The notes below the pieces were generated by a model. That model was not told where the DNA came from, did not search any database, and saw only the letters and a list, made by a program, of their open reading frames with translations. From Rubrivivax sp. (GTDB lineage Bacteria; Pseudomonadota; Gammaproteobacteria; Burkholderiales; Burkholderiaceae_C), in assembly GCA_040400915.1 (NCBI GenBank), contig JBBAPI010000006.1, positions 704-64,703 of the forward strand: DNA of 64,000 bases. The letters run 5' to 3'. The position numbers were made by a program, and so were the translations under genes. Numbering within the stretch: the first letter of the stretch is position 1; every line of letters begins with the position of its first letter. This document shows, one piece after another, positions 62,201 to 64,000 of this stretch.

Positions 62201-62762
62201 CGTGCTGCAGGCCAGTTCCGGCCACGCCGCCCTGGCCCTGCTGCATGAACACGCCGTGAGCCTGACGGCCGTCGACGCCATCCTGATGGACCTGGCCATG
62301 CCCGGCATCGACGGCTGGGAAACCATCCGCACGCTGCGCCGCCAGCGGCTGAGCAGCGCGCCGGTGGCCATCGTTTCGGCCAACGCCTTCGACAAGGGGC
62401 TGGACAACGATGTCGGCACCACCCCGGCCGACTTCATCACCAAGCCGGTTCGCTTCGACGAACTGCTGGACTGGCTGGGCCGCGGCCTGGGGCTGCAATG
62501 GCTGGCCCAGCCGCCCGAACCGCCGCCCACGCCGACGCCGTCCGATGCGCCGCGCCCCACGCGCACCCAGTTGCTGGCGCTGCGCGAGGTGGTGAACCTG
62601 GGCTACCCGCGCGGCGTGCAGCGGCTGCTGGACCAGATCGAGGCCGAAAGCCCTGACTGCACGGCCTGGCTGGCGCCGCTGCGCGCGCTGGCCGCCGGCT
62701 TCCAGTTCGACCGCATCCCACCGCTGATCGACGCCGCGCTGGCGCAAGTCGATGTCCACTGA
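59202..62762 (+). CDS. Hybrid sensor histidine kinase with N-terminal permease-like (NCS1/APC-type) domain, Cys-rich linker, HisKA, HATPase and REC
   Basis: About 12 hydrophobic segments in the first ~490 aa; 8-Cys motif; H box SHELRTPL, N box GNAVKFT, G1 EDTGPGI, F box IFEPF, G2 GTGLGL; receiver LMDLAMP...TKP. Confidence 0.92.
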   Translation: MSALPLSAPASSDAPPAPQQRVIKVRRDYNAWVASESLEDYALRFTPRSFRKWSTWRVANTAIGGAASFLVLEAVGATLLLQFGFINAFWAVLATALIIFAAGLPISVYAARHGLDMDLLTRGAGFGYIGSTITSLIYASFTFIFFALEAAIMAYALELAWGIPPTWGYLLCALVVIPLVTHGVTAISQLQVWTQPLWLALLVLPYGYVFQAHPGLVGELRVYAGASGQGGGFNPLLFGGALTVGIALITQMGEQADYLRFMPEKTVATRGRWWLGVLIGGPGWVIPGVLKMLGGMLLAYLALTLAVPADRAVDPNQMYLAAYELVFPHYTWAVAATALLVIVSQLKINVTNAYAGSLAWSNFFARVTHSHPGRVVWVVFNTLIALMLMELEVFKAIAGVLGLYSNIAISWIMAVVADLVVNKPLGWSPKGIEFKRAHLYDINPVGVGAMGLASVLSIAAYLGVFGAMAQAFSAVIAMAVAFVTSPLIAWATQGRYYIARTSVDPKAAASGDRPPRGAMHPWGGPADASDDGAYLGATSGVLKLRRCVICERDYEGEDMAQCPAYGGPICSLCCALDARCHDLCKPEPARAPWQLTALLRRLTPRAWWPQLDTGLGRYLLLMAVVAPALAGLLSLLYQAELRHLGDAAGALAPALRAGFIKAWCGLVLVAGVIGWWGVLTQISRRVAQEESNRQTQALMREIDAHHRTDEALQRAKQASEAANQAKTRYISAVSHELRTPLNSILGYAQLLDEDPTLPVHRKQAVGVIRRGGEHLLSLIEGTLDIARIEGGKLALEPKPMRLHEALRQIVQMFELQAASKGLRFEHHIEGAPALVKADERRLTQILINVLGNAVKFTPAGRVSFRALPVRGMTVFEIEDTGPGIAAQDLERIFEPFSRGGAAAGAPSGGTGLGLTIAKMLTDLMGGEMTVSSRTAAEGVGMSGTLFRVRLFLPELQGARAPQPLPLRAGYAGARRRVLVVDNEEIDRTLLAARLQAVGFDVLQASSGHAALALLHEHAVSLTAVDAILMDLAMPGIDGWETIRTLRRQRLSSAPVAIVSANAFDKGLDNDVGTTPADFITKPVRFDELLDWLGRGLGLQWLAQPPEPPPTPTPSDAPRPTRTQLLALREVVNLGYPRGVQRLLDQIEAESPDCTAWLAPLRALAAGFQFDRIPPLIDAALAQVDVH

Positions 62763-63711
62763 AGGTTCGCCGCGCGCCGCGTTGGTTCCCGAACGCGCCA
62801 GCAGCGCCGGTCTGGTGCTGATCGTCGACGACGTGCCCGACAACCTGGCCGTGCTGCACGACGCGCTGGACGAAGCCGGCTACACCGTGCTGGTGGCCAC
62901 CGACGGCGCCACGGCGCTGCAGCGCGCCGCGCAGGCCGAACCCGACATCGTGCTGCTGGACGCGGTGATGCCGGGCATGGACGGCTTTGAAGTGGCGCGG
63001 CGCCTGAAGGCCGGGCCCGAGACGGCGCACATCCCCATCGTTTTCATGACCGGCCTGACCGAAACCGAACACGTGCTGGCGGCCTTCGAAGCCGGTGGCG
63101 TCGACTACGTCACCAAGCCCATACGCCCGCCCGAGGTGCTGGCCCGCATGGCCGCCCACATGCAGGCTGCGCGCCAGGCCCGGCAGGCGCGCAATGCGCT
63201 GGACGCCTACGGCCACGCCACCATCGCGGTGCGTGTGGAGGGTGATCGCGCGCGCTTGACCTGGCAGACGCCGCTGGCTCGGCGCTGGCTGCCGGCCTAC
63301 TTCGAGTGCGTGCCCGGCGAGGTGCCCGCCCCGCTGCTGGCGTGGTTGCAAGGCGTTGCGGCGGGGCGTGAGGCGCGGCCGCTGTCCAGCGCGCGGGGCG
63401 CCCAGCAACTGGTCTGCACCTTGCAAGGCCGCACGCCCGACGAAGACTGGCTGGTCGTGCTGCGCGAGGTCAGCGACGCCGCCACCGTGGAAGCCACGAT
63501 GCAGGCCCTGGGCCTGACGCTGCGCGAGAGCGAGGTGCTCTACTGGGTGGTCAAGGGCAAGACCAACCGCGACATCGGTGACATCCTGGGCAGCAGCCCG
63601 GCCACCGTGAAGAAGCACCTGGAACGGGTCTATGAGAAGTTGGGTGTCGAGACGCGCACCGCGGCCGCCGGCGTGGCCCTGCAGCGGGTACGGGCTCTGG
63701 CGCAGACCTGA
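62752..63711 (+). CDS. Response regulator, REC plus LuxR-type HTH
   Basis: LIVDD, LLDAVMP and VTKP; C-terminal LTLRESEVLYWVVKGKTNRDIG.IL..SPATVKKHLE; overlaps the kinase stop by 11 bp. Confidence 0.93.
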   Translation: MSTEGSPRAALVPERASSAGLVLIVDDVPDNLAVLHDALDEAGYTVLVATDGATALQRAAQAEPDIVLLDAVMPGMDGFEVARRLKAGPETAHIPIVFMTGLTETEHVLAAFEAGGVDYVTKPIRPPEVLARMAAHMQAARQARQARNALDAYGHATIAVRVEGDRARLTWQTPLARRWLPAYFECVPGEVPAPLLAWLQGVAAGREARPLSSARGAQQLVCTLQGRTPDEDWLVVLREVSDAATVEATMQALGLTLRESEVLYWVVKGKTNRDIGDILGSSPATVKKHLERVYEKLGVETRTAAAGVALQRVRALAQT

Positions 63712-63917
63712 GCCGCCGCCGCCCCGGTGCAAGCAGCACGAGAGTCGGCTGCCCGCCCGCCCGAGCGAAGCCGCGTGATGCTGCCGACCGGTGGGTCGCA
63801 CGGCGGGCGCGGCGGAGGCGCTATCGTCCGGCTCCGGCAGCCGCCTGCCCGCTGGGCGGTGGCCCCGAACGGCACCTTCTCTGCATCCAGGATTCGAATC
63901 GTCAGGGTGGCACCCTC

Positions 63918-64000
63918 ATGCACGTGGTGGAGATCAACGCGAGCAGCGACATCAAGGCCCTGCTGCTGACCGATGTGGTGGACAGCACCCAGCTGTCATC
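63918..64000 (+). CDS. N-terminal fragment of a probable class III nucleotide-cyclase-domain protein (truncated by the edge)
   Basis: Translates MHVVEINASSDIKALLLTDVVDSTQLS; LLTDVVDST resembles the cyclase F-x-D-I-x-x-S-T motif. Only 27 codons are visible. Confidence 0.5.
   Translation, partial: MHVVEINASSDIKALLLTDVVDSTQLS

Noticed and set aside
59187-62843. 1218-aa - strand ORF, and similar shadows at 36056-37933 and 55792-57813
   Set aside because: These mirror the kinase, lepA and ureC on the opposite strand; the translations look like typical GC-rich antisense text.

Overview
High-GC betaproteobacterial chromosome. Gene content and sequence style suggest Burkholderiales, probably the Rubrivivax/Ideonella/Aquincola group (inference). 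There are four zones. (1) 1-21.0 kb is a surface-polysaccharide locus that looks less GC-rich by eye and lies mostly on the - strand. It encodes an SLBB export protein, Wzz, and a complete CDP-3,6-dideoxyhexose pathway (rfbI/ddhD, rfbF, rfbG, rfbH, an RmlC-fold epimerase and an SDR reductase, in the Yersinia asc order, so probably ascarylose). It also encodes Wzx, Wzy, three glycosyltransferases, an orphan RmlD-like reductase, tailoring enzymes and a divergent WecA-type initiator. (2) 21.0-51.8 kb is core housekeeping: rhlE, rsmI, maf, yceD-rpmF-plsX-fabHDG-acpP-fabF, rpoE-rseA-rseB-degP, lepA-lepB-rnc-era-recO-pdxJ-acpS-nagZ, rne, rluC-HAD-Rieske-S49-psd. One toxin-antitoxin pair sits between maf and yceD, and a structured 560-bp region precedes lepA. 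(3) 51.8-59.1 kb holds tdk and a urease cluster (ureA, B, C, E, F, G; no ureD in the window). The cluster is interrupted by two VapBC-type TA modules, each with its own sigma70-like promoter and palindromic operator pointing into downstream ure genes, and by a Gly/Pro-rich secreted-protein gene. (4) 59.2-64 kb, divergent from ureA across only 86 bp, encodes a permease-fused hybrid histidine kinase with an 8-Cys motif, a coupled LuxR-type response regulator, and the first codons of a probable class III cyclase-domain gene. The best candidate for an undescribed system is the transporter-fused sensor kinase/regulator together with the TA-rewired urease operon. I saw no rRNA, tRNA, CRISPR array, integrase or transposase. 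All family assignments come from motif recognition; no searches were run.
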